A stretch of 64,000 nucleotides of DNA from Octopus sinensis (taxonomy: Eukaryota), in the NCBI RefSeq assembly GCF_006345805.1, contig NC_043002.1, positions 95,976,001-96,040,000 of the forward strand, written 5' to 3'. The translations under genes and the position numbers were made by a program. The notes under the pieces are model-generated. The model was not told where the DNA came from. It ran no database searches and was given only the letters and a program-made list of their open reading frames with translations. Of the stretch, positions 13,601 through 26,492 are shown piece by piece. The stretch's first letter is position 1; each line of letters begins with the position of its first letter.

Positions 13601-16600
13601 CATGCAGGTATCCTTGGATGTGTAAACAAGTCTTTTGCTGTATGGGACATATAAGAGGACACTTTTCTTACCTCCTTCCACCAGATGAAACCCTATGTTT
13701 GGTTTAGCTGGTGAATATTTATAATCCTTTCGCTTCCCACACCGTCCTTTATATATCTACATATCTATACACCACACAACTCCTGCTCCTCCTGGATTGC
13801 TCTGTCCTGTTTTCCACTTCTGCCCTCTGTAAGTAAATCTGTCTGCTGACCTCTGTCTTACATTTCAAATGGCAACAATAATTCCTGTATCAACACAGTT
13901 GTTTTCCCTTGTATCATTATACAAATACGCTTGTTATTATAACTGAACTACCATCCCACCCCACCTCCCCAGTCCCATCGGTCATCTTGTATTTCCCAGG
14001 TATTTATATATGATGCTTGCATGTTTGTGGTATGTATTTCAACCATGTCTGAGGATGAGTTTGGTATGATCGAATGCTCTTTATTTATCGCATTTAGAAT
14101 TTCCCATTATCAGTTGCAAAAATGTGCATAACATATATGAAAGGAAAGAAATACTAAATTCATGCTATGTTTTTCTCTCACCAGTATGAGGGGGAAAAAA
14201 GATAATAATGCAAATGGAATGGCAAAGACAATGTTTGATAGATGTGTGTGTGTAAGTGTAGGAATGTGAAACATTTAAATAGGGAAGAACAGTTTAGACT
14301 CAAATATTTTTTAAAAAAAGAAAATTTATAGGTTCTGTAGAAAGAAGAAAAGTGAAAGAAATAGGTTTTAAAAAATTACATCTATACATGTATAAAATTT
14401 TGAATATCAAAGTTTATGTTACTGAAAACAAAAGCTAGTTTTGTATTTAACATCAATTATGAAACAGGTGCTTATAAATACCTTTATAATTAGCACTTTT
14501 TTTTTTACATTGTTTCCTCATATCTTTGCAAATCCTTTCAAGTTATAGCTAACTTATTTCCATCACAAAACTAACCTATGTCAATCTATCAGACATTTTA
14601 GAATCTATCATGGCACATTTTGCTTTAATTGTTGAACTCATTTAAATTCACTTATAATATATTTCACCAAATCTTAACAACTCCTTAGTTACTAATGTTT
14701 GGTGTTTAATAATACCATACTAAAATGTATTCTGTAGTCACTTTTGTGTGTATGTCTGTTTGTCTGTCTGTATTAACATTTAATACTATGAATGTATCCA
14801 TTAAATTTGTAAGTATCTGGTTGATTTCTTTGTTATGAACTGATGTTTGTTGTCCATTGGTTTGCACTGTATATCATGCATGAGTATTCTGTATAAACCA
14901 TACTTATTCCACTCAATTACTCCTCTTTTCTGTGCTTACTCATTAAACTCATTCATATTTATAGACACTCACTGGATTAAAAACATCCTTCATTTCATTA
15001 CTGACCAATATGGATAATATGAAGTATCGTTGAAGTACATTGTATTCATGTATTCACAAAACTAGTATTTAACAGAATAATTATGCATTTTATTCGTTAT
15101 CAATTTCAAATGATGTATTCATTAAATAAACAATTACACAATGTTCTTTTCTATGTTCAGAATATTTTGAATTATTTAAAATGAGTTTTAAATGTTTTAT
15201 TTCTTAATTTTATCTCTAGGAATTTGTCTTGAGAAAAGAGTTTTCTACCGCATGATTTCTGGACTTCATACAAGTATCAATATACATTTGTCTGCAAAAT
15301 ACTTATTTCCAGGTAACTACAAAATTTTATACTGATTTGAAACCAATGCCAATATTATGTTGGTAAAGCATCTATTAAAAAGATAGCTTTCATATCAACA
15401 TTTGTACTACTAGCATAATTTCTTCAAAGTTTATGGTTTTTGTGACTGTGATATGTAAATTTCCTTTCATTAGGGATCTAAAAGTAAATTTGTCATAAAT
15501 ATCTTGTGTAGCCAGAGTAAGAAACTCCAATCAGGTACCTGTTTTGTAATATTATCTGATATCTTAAGTTTATATCTTAGATCTGTGATTACATTGATAC
15601 TCTCTGTTACATTTACACTGTGTCTGTTAGTCACTAGACTACCATCTTCTCACAACAATAAACCTGTTCTTCCCATCATATTTTAACTTCTCAACACTTA
15701 CCTAAACACACCAACCTCTCTCTCCTATCCTCAACTTTCCATCAGTTGGCTCTGCTGTTCTCATCGCCAGTCTATTGTGCAGGATGACAATACTGTTGTC
15801 ATTTTACAGTACTTAAGGATACCAAAAAATCATATTGTTACATATGCTAAAATACTTTAAAATAACAACACCTTTATCCTCTGGTACAATATGTTAGTGG
15901 TTAGAAAATCAAATGTTGTTGATGAAATAAAGATTGCAGGTTCAATCTCTGACCTAGATCAAGATTATCATCTGAAGATGACTGAGGAGAGTAAGAATAC
16001 ATCCAAGATGAGGTAAATAGCTTGGTAACAGATATCTATCTTGTTTCTTCGAAATTTGTAATTGATTTCTTTTGAAATCATTCTGAAAACATTTTTTTTT
16101 TTTTCACGAATTTTAATTTCAAATAAATATTATTTTGTAGATACTGTTTACAAACCTAGCAGATGGGGCATGAATGTAAAAGAATTCAAGCAAAGATTTG
16201 ACCCAGAAACAACTGCTGGACAAGGCCCACAATGGTTGAAAAATCTGTATTTTACTTATTTAGTTGAACTAAGAGCCATTGCAAAAGCTTCACCTTACTT
16301 AGAAATGGTAATTTTTTCCTTTATGCTTACATGTCTGTGGAAATATACTACCTTTTGATACTAACCCACCAGAGACCATCCATGGTTTTATAACACAAAT
16401 TTCTTTTAAAACAAGCCAAACTAAAACCTCCCATCAAAGTTTCATATTAATTAATGCTCCAAACAGTAGCTTAATATTGACAATGGTCTTTTACTAAATT
16501 CTTCATTAACTTCAAAATCAATTGAAACAAAGGCTATGTATTTCAACAGAAATATGATAACGAAAGGTTTAATCCTTTAGCATTTGGATTGTTCTATCAA

Positions 16601-19600
16601 ATTTAACACTCATTTATCCACAATGTTTTCAATTTATCCAGCATTTTCTTGTAACTTGAGAGATTTTGGTTGTTTATTTTTCAGACAAACATTGTTGGGT
16701 AGTTGTGAGAGACTGGATCTGGACAGTTTAAACATAAAACAGAAAGAATATTTTGGCCAGATATAGCCAGTTTAAAGGGTCGAATATACATTTTTGTTAA
16801 TTTCTTTTTCAGTAAAGTTAGTTTGAATTATATCATCATCATCATCCAACGTCCATTTTCCCTGCTGGCATGGGTTGAAAAGTTTGACTGGAACTACACT
16901 AGGCTCCATTATCTTTTCTTGCATGGTTTCTATTGTTGGACGCCCTTCCTAATATCAACCACTCCACAGAGTGTATTGGGTGCTTTTTATGTGGCACCAG
17001 CACCGGTATTAATTCTTCTGTGGCAGATGGGTCTTCTTGCATTGAATGCACTCTTATGCACACACATATATACATGGATTCTGATGGTATATGCATCCAT
17101 GTAGGTACAGACATGACTATGTAGTTGAGAAATTCATTTCCCAACCATGTTTTTACATTCAATTCCACTGTATGTGTGTCCTTGTCTTAGCATTGAGTTA
17201 TGTTTGTAGGTGGGTGTTACCAGCATACAAGCAGTATCATTCATTTGTAGTCTTCTATATAATCATGTCTAGCCAAGGAGAAATATTACCTTACTTAGAA
17301 GCAGTTGGTGGAAAAGGGTTGGCAACAGGAAGGGCATCCAGCTGTAGAAAGTTTGTCTCAATGAATTTCATCTGACCTGTGCAAGCATGGAAAAGTAGAT
17401 ATTAAAATGATGGTGTATCTCACCTACATATTCACATGGAGAAATATGATGGTATATCCATCCATGTATCTTATACACATATTCACATGAAGGATTATGA
17501 TGGCATATACTGCTATGAAAGATAGTATATCCGTCATGTATCTCATGCATGTATATTCAAATGTGAGGTCTATGATGATATATATATTTCCATGTATTTC
17601 AAACACATACACACATGGCAAATTATGAAGGTGTATTCATCCATTCATTTCATACAGATATACACATGGAGGATTCTGTGGGTATATCCATCCATGAAGG
17701 ATTATGATCGTGTGTCTTTTTGTGTGATTAACATGTGATATTTTTTGGGGTGACTTCACAACAATATGGATAACAGTGATTTCAAAAAGCTATCAAAGTA
17801 GCCTCTATATAGTCACTCAACCTGCCAGAAACAGCAACCAAATACCCTTGGATTACAGCCTACCTCTTCAAAAAGAAAAAAAGGGCACATTTTTCAATGT
17901 GGTGCTAGGTTAAAAAAAAAAAAAAACAATATTGTCAGCTTAACAGATTGATCTGATGCTGAATAACAACAAAGACTTAGACACAAAGTGTACATAACTG
18001 CACCAGTCTGCTTTTATAGTAAACAGCAACAAAATTCACAAAACAGGAACTGCATGTTATAGTGGAGACCTATTCATGTCAATTAACCTTTTAGTGTTTA
18101 AACCGGCCACATCCGGCCCAATATATTATACATGTTTTATATTCAAACTGGCGATATCCAGCCTCTCATACCTAACCTACAGTGACATTCTAAAAATAAA
18201 CATTCACATCATTGAAACCTCAAAGCTATAAGATAATGCATGATTAATTCAAAACAATTTGAGTGAAAAAGTATTACATTTACAGAATAATCTGAACACT
18301 AAAGGGTTAAACCATTCTCATTCATGATTAAGGAAGTTGAATAAGGAGCAACATCCAAATGTAAACCTCTTCCAATTTTCAGGCCTCTATTCTATTGCAA
18401 ACTTTTTAGAAGCTACAGTTAATTCTCCCTGAAATCACACCACTACAGCCTTAAAAATAGGAAGAACACATTAGATAATCCAGTCTTAAACAAGTAGAAC
18501 ATTTTGATCAACCAGGAGAATTCATCTACGAAGCAATTGTCCCAGCTCCTCTTCAGGGTTGGCAAAAGCGATGTGGTGGACAACGAAAAACCTGGCTGAT
18601 GACAGTCAAGGCTGATCTGGAACCCAACCTAGGCCCCCATATCTACGGTGTTCGCCGCTGGAATAAGGAGTGGTTGGAGATCACGCGGTCATTAGCCTCA
18701 AATCACCAGGCCTGGTCGGCGTTTGTGAGAGATGCAGCATTGAGGATGAATGAAGCCAGCTCAACGCACCCCGGGTGAATGCTGTCAAGTCAACATTTTG
18801 ATCAGATTTGTGTGAACAGAGTTAACTTAGGAGTGGCCACTCTTTTTCTGATAATATTTATGTAATTCTCCAAATTTTCTGGAACATTCAAATTAGCATG
18901 GGAGAAGGAGACTGAAATAATTTTAAATGTTTACTTTTCTGAAAATATTTATTTCTTGTTTTTCTCTAACCTTTTTTCATTATCCTTAACTACAGAAAGT
19001 AATTTTATATCTCAATGTAAACTTTGTTGAGGAATATCATGAGTAAAGCTATTTTTCGTTGAGGTTTGTCAAATTTATTAAGACAACATGACTTGCAGAA
19101 AATACCAAAAATATTATTTGGTAAATATTTAACATCGTTACTGGAATAACCACGAAATTTAATTTTGCAGTGAAAGAGTTAACTTCTTGATCTTTATTTT
19201 TTTTTTTCAAATGTAATTTCAACTTTCTTAACCAAAATAGTTTCTATAAAAATGTCTACAGTATTTGACTTCTTTTTCTCTTCTCTATCTATAGTTAATA
19301 GATAATTTACATATAGGTTTATTAACCATCCATTTTCTCTTTCTTTCATTCTTTAAAGGAATCATTCTACACTGGTAATGAAACAAACGATCTTAAGGTG
19401 AAAAATGATATAAAAAAATTTTTGGATGCTGTGCGGTAAGTTAAAAAGTGCAAAAGTTACTGTTTATTTGTTTTATAATACTAATAAAAATAGTTGAATC
19501 GATAATCTTCTAATACATCAATGTCACTTCAGAGAAATGCAAAGGATTATTAGGTACAAAAATGTATTTTCAGAATAGCGATCCAGGGCCCAGCATTATA

Positions 19601-22600
19601 GAGACCCCAAGCAAAGCAGTGAACTGAAGCCTCCTCTAGTATTTATTTAACAGCAGGCCACAACAATTTCTAAATTGGCATTAGCCTCCTAAACATGTGC
19701 AGCCTCCTTCCCATCTTTGGCAACTGCCAAATGTGCTTACCATGTCTTAAGACAGCACTGATACCACTGTCAAAAATAAAAGGATGAATAAATATTTCTA
19801 TGATTTGTTTTTCTTTAATTTAAAACTGTCCACTTGATAGTAATTTATATATCTGCTTTTATTTTATAATATTAAATTTTTTAAATCTTAAGATACACTA
19901 ATTCATGATTAGCATAACAAAACCAACATGATTGTTTATCCCTCCCCAAAATATACCCAGAATAGGCTTAAAATTAGAGAGAGGCAAGTGACTTGCATTA
20001 GCAAGTCACTTCTTTAATGATGATGTTTCTCCCTTCACTATTCAGATTAATCTGACAAATATAATACTTATTTGTTCACATTGTTTTGAATTAATCACGA
20101 ATTATTTCATAGCTTCAAGATTTTGATGATGTGATTGTTTATTTTTAGAATGACATTATAGAGTAAGTGTGAGAAGCTGGATCTGTTCAGCATATACATG
20201 AAACAAGTAGAATATTTAGGCTGGTCATGGCTGGTTTAAATGCTAAAAGGTTAAGTCATATAGAACAAAAGTAATGAAGATGTAATTAATTAGCCTGTAT
20301 CTCATAAAATAGATCTGCAAGGTGAAAATTTAGATATATCTATGAAATGTTTGCCTGGCATTTCCAGTGTTACCATTTCATTACATGATTTTTCAAGTTA
20401 GTTTTGTGAAATATCCATCCTCATCTTATTACATCAACATTCCATGCTGGCATAGGTTGGATGGGTTGTAACAGTCCAAATCAGTTCTTATTCATATTTA
20501 CTACTCACCTAGATAGGTCGGAGAAACACATTTTTATTCATGCACTTTATTTTTGGTTTGTTTTCTATAGCTAGATGCCCTTCCTACCATCAACTGCCCT
20601 ACAGGGTATACTGGGTGTATTTGAGCAACAAGAAACTTAAAACACTCCATGAACATTGTCATCAACATCATCTTCATCATCATCATCAAAACATTGTTAT
20701 TCATGAAAACAAAGAAAATGTATTTTATTAAATAGCTGTATGATTTTTTTTTCAATATAATATCTTTTCAGATCATTTAATGATCATTTTGATGAAAGCA
20801 AACTTTTCCAGGGAGATTCTATACAAGCTAAAAAACTTAAAGTATGAAATTATCATTTTCTTTCTCTCTCTCTCTCTCATCTCATTGTCATATAGTGTAT
20901 GTATATTTTGTATTAAACTCAGTTGTATCCGAAGGCTCTGTGCTAGATGTATAATTTTTTTCTAAACAAAAAAGAAAGAAATGTAATTGTATCCAGCTGA
21001 AGCATTTTTCTGTTTATGGAATTGTAAAAAAAAAAGTCATTGTGCTTATTTTCTTTGTATTTTAGGCTCAATTTCAAATTCATTTCCGAAATATATCTCG
21101 AATAATGGATTGCGTTGGTTGTGATAAATGCAAATTATGGGGGAAATTACAAGTAAGTATTTTTTGAGTTGTGTTATTTTTATTAAAACATTAATGATGT
21201 AATTAACATTTGTCATATAAAACTCTGTTTTGAGTTCAGATTTATATTAGTTTTTTAACTTATCAGTAAAGATAACCGTCCACAAAAAAACATGTTCAGC
21301 CATTGTATTGCTTACTGTTTGAAGGACAAAAGAAAATATTACTTTACTTGGAAACAAAATGAAAGTTGGTAATAGGAAGAGCCAGCCATTGAAAGGTCTT
21401 CAGCACTCATTCGCTCAGTACCGTCATGGAAAATTGGGAGAGGAATAAGGTGATGGTGCTGCTGCTACTACCACCAGCATGATCAGAAGTTTTTCACTGT
21501 TATATAGATGAAGTTATAAATGCAATGACAATGAAAAGAGAGAAAGAATGATTATAAAATATCAGGTCATTAAGAATGAAATGTCTGATTTTCTTATCCA
21601 CCAAGTTTTACAGTTCAAGCTATAACAGAAGATACTTGCCCAATATGCCACATGATGGAATTGAACCTAGAACCATGTGGTTGAGAAGCAAATTTCTTAC
21701 TGCACAGCCATGCCTGCACCTATTTTCTTTCAGTTTGTTTAATTTTTACTATTATGTATCTTTTTTCTTTCTTTTTTTTTTTTTTGCCTAGGTTCAAGGA
21801 ATGGGAACTGCATTAAAGATTTTATTCTCTGGTAATTCTATTGGACCTAATTCAGTCGTGAATGCTAACAAAAAGAATAACTTCCAGCTTCGAAGAACAG
21901 AAATTGTTTCATTAATAAATGCATTTGGCAGGTTTGTTTCTAGTTTAATTTTCAATGTCACTTAAGCATGAGTTTTTAGTTTCTGATTTTTAAATACAAA
22001 TTCTTCAAATTCAATATATTCTGTAACCTTATAAGGCAGTGAGCTGGCAGAATCATTAGCATCATTTCGTTCATCTTTATGTTCTGAGTTCAAATTCTGC
22101 TAAGGTTGACTTTTCCTATCATCCTTTCAGGGTTGATAAAATAAGTACCAGTTGAGCACTCCTCACTGAAACTGCTGGCCTTGTGCCAAAATTTGCAAAC
22201 AATATCTTTAATAACCTTTAATAAATTTCATGATACTGAATAAATAAATTATCACTTCAGAGTGTTATGGAGAGATTTACAAAAAAAAATAAACACACAC
22301 AACTAACTGAAGCAAATCTAATATTTAAGACTGATGTGGCAATTCTAATATATTTTTTTTGTTTCAGTTGGGGCTTTTTTTTGTTTTTAGAAATGCAATG
22401 GAAATGGTTATAGCTCAGAATAGAAACTAGTTTTCAATAAAATCTTAATACATTAAAGTAAAGAGTGGTGGAGAGATGAGTGTGTTTGTTGAACATGGGT
22501 GGGAGACGATATACAGTCAGCTAGTTCAGAAAAACAAACCTTGGTAATAGACAGAGAGGTTATAGCACATCTGTGGTCCGGGGATTGTTGTGCTAGTGAG

Positions 22601-23453
22601 GGTGTCTTCGTTAGTCAGTTGGACAGCCTTCTTCTGTATATGGTCTAGTATGTTTGTGCATGCATGCTTTTGTATAATATAACCAACATCCCAGATATGG
22701 GAGCAGTACTCTGCTGTGAGTCTTAGTAAAGCTTTATGAAAGGTCAGCAACTAATCAAAACTGAAATATTTTCCAGACCTACAGGGAAAAGCCAGTCTTC
22801 AGGCCACAATTCAGAAATACATGTGAGGTTGCTAATAAAGATAATTAGAAAATCTAAGACCTAGCATTTGTAGCAACTTAGAAGGTTTTTTTTACTATGT
22901 ATTGTGTGTGTGTATATATATACACACAGAGAGAGGTGCAGTGTGCTGAGAAAGGTCTAGTTGGAGGCCCAACCTTCTGAGTTCTTTTACAGGGCTTACA
23001 AAAACTGAAGGACTGCTGCAATAAGTGTGTAAATCTGAGCAGAGAATATGTTGAATAACTGATCCTCCTGTACTTTCTTTTACCCAAAGCCAGAAACTTT
23101 TCAACACCCCCTCATATTGCTTAGGAGTGAGTATTTGGGGTACATCAGGGTTGATGCTAAGAAAAAGATGCTAGAAAATTAGCATAGTGGATAACAAGTA
23201 TAATTTTTAATCTATTATAAAAATGTATGTTGAATCTAGTCATTTCTTTAATTGTTGGTATTAATTTTATTGGATTTATTATAGTTTGTCATTGTTTCCT
23301 ATGTAAAAGAAAAATTCTATTGAATTTGGATATTTCTACTTAGCAAATTACAAATTTTTATATATTTTTATCTATTTATTTACTATTTTTATATATTTCA
23401 GATTGTCAGAGAGTATAAAGGAATTGAACACATTCAGAAATACAATGATGTAA
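573..23453 (+). CDS. ERO1: ERO1-like ER oxidoreductin, 3' part of a spliced gene; exons 573-616, 7560-7574, 15220-15312, 16141-16307, 19359-19435, 20772-20841, 21066-21152, 21792-21931, 23402-23453; 5' exons lie upstream of the window
   Basis: GT-AG exons join in frame and give ...[29 protein letters not shown]...[18 protein letters not shown]...[37 protein letters not shown]...[15 protein letters not shown]..., including the ERO1 CxxCxxC active site. Confidence 0.96.
2864..3082. mobile_element. degenerate TTAA-flanked piggyBac-type MITE; related copies about 16570-16780, 18084-18310, 20030-20254, 34697-34922
   Basis: ttaa-cc(c)ttt(t)agca...tgctaaa(g/t)gg-ttaa termini and a shared internal sequence. 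Confidence 0.6.
4660..7090 (-). mobile_element. old, decayed RTE-clade LINE fragment
   Basis: Residual RT motifs on minus (WELLYA about 5465-5490, KAF about 5700) resembling the younger RTE copies at 43-44 kb and 55-57 kb; many stops. Confidence 0.6.
7560..7574 (+). CDS. ERO1: ERO1 15-nt microexon (G)DQLE(G)
   Basis: ctaatgttttcag|gcgatcaattagaag|gtaaaa; phase 1-1; gives QLEG-ICLEKR, matching vertebrate WLEG-LCVEKR. Confidence 0.72.
8119..8346 (+). repeat. about 225-bp near-identical direct duplicate of 12345-12572
   Basis: caaatgtccaattctgtcactg...catctgttaac present twice with only a few mismatches. Confidence 0.9.
10400..11420 (+). mobile_element. decayed Penelope-like element, GIY-YIG end, with an internal tandem duplication (about 10925-11047 / 11063-11181)
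   Basis: [36 protein letters not shown], then IW.L..., KCDLCLEE..., [12 protein letters not shown]: typical Penelope endonuclease region. Confidence 0.75.
15220..15312 (+). CDS. ERO1: ERO1 exon [31 protein letters not shown]
   Basis: tctctag|ga...ccag|gtaact; conserved EKRxFYRxISGLHxSINxHL. Confidence 0.95.
16141..16307 (+). CDS. ERO1: ERO1 exon [20 protein letters not shown]...AKASPYLEM
   Basis: ttttgtag|at...atg|gtaatt; lies in ORF 16062..16358; LKNLYFxYLVELRA motif. Confidence 0.95.
17405..17710 (+). repeat. degenerate minisatellite, unit about 45-50 bp
   Basis: recurring gatggtatatccatccatgtat...catattcacatg. Confidence 0.55.
18511..18791 (+). mobile_element. 5'-truncated RTE-type LINE 3' end with a 13-bp TSD
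   Basis: aacattttgatca at 18498-18510 and 18792-18804; encodes [14 protein letters not shown]...[15 protein letters not shown]...AWSAFVRDA*. Confidence 0.8.
19359..19435 (+). CDS. ERO1: ERO1 exon [26 protein letters not shown]
   Basis: pyrimidine tract + aag|gaa...gcg|gtaagt; FYTGN motif. Confidence 0.92.
20772..20841 (+). CDS. ERO1: ERO1 exon [23 protein letters not shown]
   Basis: ttttcag|a...aaa|gtatga; HFDE..LF motif. Confidence 0.93.
21066..21152 (+). CDS. ERO1: ERO1 active-site exon [29 protein letters not shown]
   Basis: ttttag|gct...caa|gtaagt; CVGCDKC motif. Confidence 0.97.
21792..21931 (+). CDS. ERO1: ERO1 exon [14 protein letters not shown]...[11 protein letters not shown]
   Basis: poly-T + gcctag|gtt...cag|gtttgt; GTALKILF motif. 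Confidence 0.95.
22440..23160 (-). mobile_element. decayed CR1/Jockey-group LINE remnant
   Basis: EYCSHIWD...[11 protein letters not shown] in ORF 22526..22750. Confidence 0.5.
23402..23453 (+). CDS. ERO1: ERO1 last coding exon (R)[16 protein letters not shown]
   Basis: atttcag|attg...TAA at 23451-23453. Confidence 0.92.
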
Positions 23454-24603
23454 TTACATCATTGTGAAATTTCCATTTAACTGTGATAATGCTAATTCTA
23501 TTCATCCAAAAAAAAAAAAAAGAAAAAAGACTGTTAAGCTATATTTTTTTATCAAAACCTTCTAAATAACATTCATTTTGGAAAAAATATATTTAATTTG
23601 ATTGTACTCTAAGTAAGTTTTTAAGGTAGAAAATAACGTAAAAGGACTTTTAGTAAACTGATTCTTTATTTCTTGTAGCTGTATAAATGTGGATGGGGAG
23701 TGTGAGACACAAAATATTAAGCATTTTTAGATATTTATGTTATATTGCAGTTATTCAGATGAGATGATTTTGATTAGAAAAAGACTTTCCAAAAGTGCGT
23801 TTGTTTACTACTTTTCTAATGGTACTTAAAATAGGCCTGTTTTTATTTAATTCATTTATTTTTAGGCCAAGTCTGAATCAATAGGTTTTTGGAGGATAAT
23901 TATAATATTACAAACAGATTGAAATTAATTTTGTTAAGTTTAAACTTTTTTTTTTTTTTTTTTAATATTCATCTCCATTGAGAAATTGGATAGAAGAATA
24001 TCAGAATCAAATCTAAATCCAGCAGTTATAAATGACTTTTATCAAAGTTTTACAACTTTAGTGTTGATGTTTATGTGGATTCAAAGTTAAAACGAGCAAA
24101 CAAACACCATCTTAAAAGCATTCCAATCAAGATCTAATTCTAGAATATTCTACATAGTACTAAATGTTGATCTACCAAATGTGAAAGAATGAATAATATG
24201 TGTGAATGTTATCACCACAAACGTTTTCATTAGAGATAGCACTATCATTCACTTAGTTTAAATTACTACTTCATTATTATTATAATTACTATTTAAAAAA
24301 AAATATTTTAAAAAGCTATTTAAATTTAATGTTTTTTTATTATTCAGATTGCAATATTTTAAAAATGTATTTTTTAAATTTTAGATTTCTTAAATATCTA
24401 CGCAATCTGAAACAAAAAGCTACTCAGGTTCAAGAGGTTGTTTTAACAGTTTTGAGTAGAAAACTAAACTTCTTTTGTAAGAAATATATATGAAAAATGA
24501 GCATTTTACTCTTAAAACATATCTCCAAGTGTTCTACTGTTTGTAATTGTATTTCCTTAAATCTATGTAATTGCATTCTATTTTATTTTTAATTTTTTTT
24601 TCT

Positions 24604-24609
24604 AATAAA
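24604..24609 (+). promoter_or_regulatory. candidate polyadenylation signal for ERO1
   Basis: AATAAA about 1.15 kb after the stop, followed by a T-rich tract. Confidence 0.4.
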
Positions 24610-25810
24610 GAAAGTTTCTTCTTAGACTTTTGTCCCTGTTTCTAATTATTTCTAAAAAATGCTTCACAACTATGCATCTAGGACTGAATGAACACATAGA
24701 GTGGTAAAGACTCTCTAATTGTTCAGAGTACAAGACAATTCAATTCGAGTTGTTACCTTTTTAATTTCACAGGGCATACTGCAAAGTGGCTAACAAGAGA
24801 TGTCTGGTCAAAAGGGCCCTCTAGTCTTGTTAAGGACATGGCATTCCTCTCTAATGCTAGTCCATGATAAAATGCAACCAATACATTCTGTTAAGTGATT
24901 TGTGGAGGAAGAGAATCCAACCAAAGAAACAAAGCCAAAAATCGAAATTTTGAGTTCTGACTTGTCTAAGAGAAACTACCCCTCCGATCCATACCAGCAT
25001 GGAAAGTGAACATAAAATTATGATAAAATCATTGAACAATATAAATTAAAATAGACACAAGATAAAAATTGCGCTAACAAACTAAATATAAGGTCCATTG
25101 AAGTGTTCACTAATTTGTTGAAGTCAGTCATATCTTTGTGAAACTAGAACAAAACTTGCATAGATCTGCAATACAAGGATGATATCAGAGAAAATGCACA
25201 CCAGGAAAACTTGTCGACAGACATAAGACTCTGCATTTGGAGAAGGGTGGGATAGTAGACTGATTCAATCTCAGTACTTGGTCCCTACATCATTGACCCT
25301 TTCTCCATAAGGATGAAAAGCAAATTTAACCTCAGCAAGATCTGGATTTAGAACATAAACTGATTTCGAGGCTTGAGACCGCTAAGCGTCTTCCAGTGTG
25401 GCCATGCCTATCCTTCTCTTTCATTAGCAAAATATAAGCACTACTTGTCAAGAAAACATCATTATCTAACAACTTCCTTAAACATAAGCAAAACTCAACT
25501 AGACCCCGTGGTTTGACATCAGGTGGACTCCAGAGTAACAACAATGAACTGGATCAACTCAAAATATAATTCACTACCATGGTGTTGAGTACATTTTCCT
25601 CCTGTTTGTTAGTACTAATGGATATACATGTGTGTGAGTATATTGTCAAGAAACCCATTAAACTGCTTTTGAATATAAAATTATTCAATGGCATCTGTTC
25701 TGGCCAAGTTGTACAGAGACTAATCTGACATTCACCATCATAAATGCAGTGAAATAGTGATTGGCTTATTGGAAATCGGTAAACAATGCAATATAACAAT
25801 ATATAAATAC

Positions 25811-26160
25811 AGGCATGACTGTAAGGTAAGAAGCTTACTTACCAACCACACAGTTCTGGGTTCAGTCCCACTGCATGGCACCTTGGGCAAGTGTCTTCTA
25901 TAGCCCCAGGCCAACCAAAGCCTTGTGAGTGGATTTGGTAGAAAGAAACTGTAAGAAGCTCATCATATATGTGTGTGTGTGTGTGTGTATGTCTTGACAA
26001 CCAGTGCTGGTGTGTTTACGTCTCTGTAACTTATCGGTTTGGCAAAAGAGACCAATAGCATAAGTACCAGGCTTTTAAAAAAAAAAATTAAGTACTGGGA
26101 TTGAAACATTCAACTAAAAATTCTTGGCAGCAGTCTAATGATTGAAAAAATTAAAAAAAA
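25811..26160 (+). mobile_element. tRNA-derived SINE family A; other copies about 2380-2720, 29916-30300, 30765-31115, 37370-37520(-), 38105-38507(-), 39390-39548(-), 41770-41930(-), 45054-45405, 54470-54570
   Basis: ggc(a)tggctgtgtggtaagaagcttgct...gggttcagtcccactg..ggcaccttgggcaagtgtcttcta head with A/B boxes and an internal (GT)n/(TA)n. Confidence 0.85.
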
Positions 26161-26318
26161 AAAGAAAGAAAAAATATTACCATTAATATGGTTCTTTGAT
26201 ATGTTCTTTTATTTCAATACATTTCATAAGCTTCTTTTGATAGAAAAAATTTTTTATTGATTATAAAATATATGTGATATATATCAAAACTTATTTTTAG
26301 TTTCAGTTCTTTTATATA

Positions 26319-26492
26319 TTAATCTTTACCAAAATTAAGTGGATGTTCTGGCTTATCAATTCTATACAGGGTTTTGGCAACAGAGAAATATGCTCGATAA
26401 CTAACTTCTTCTGGAGTGACATCATAATGATAATGACCACCCTGTCCATGAGGACTGAAACAGTGGAAATGTTCCTCTCTTAAGTCCAGATC
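26319..26492 (-). CDS. C11orf54: C11orf54 last exon DLDLREEHFHCFSPHGQGGHYHYDVTP...FGKD*
   Basis: ttttag| acceptor; HxH...GGHYHYD Zn-binding motif; TAA stop; AATAAA (tttatt on +) about 60 nt downstream. Confidence 0.96.
   Translation of the reverse strand, partial: DLDLREEHFHCFSPHGQGGHYHYDVTPEEVSYRAYFSVAKTLYRIDKPEHPLNFGKD

Noticed and set aside
13480-14110. Possible second Penelope remnant
   Set aside because: Too decayed to read diagnostic motifs
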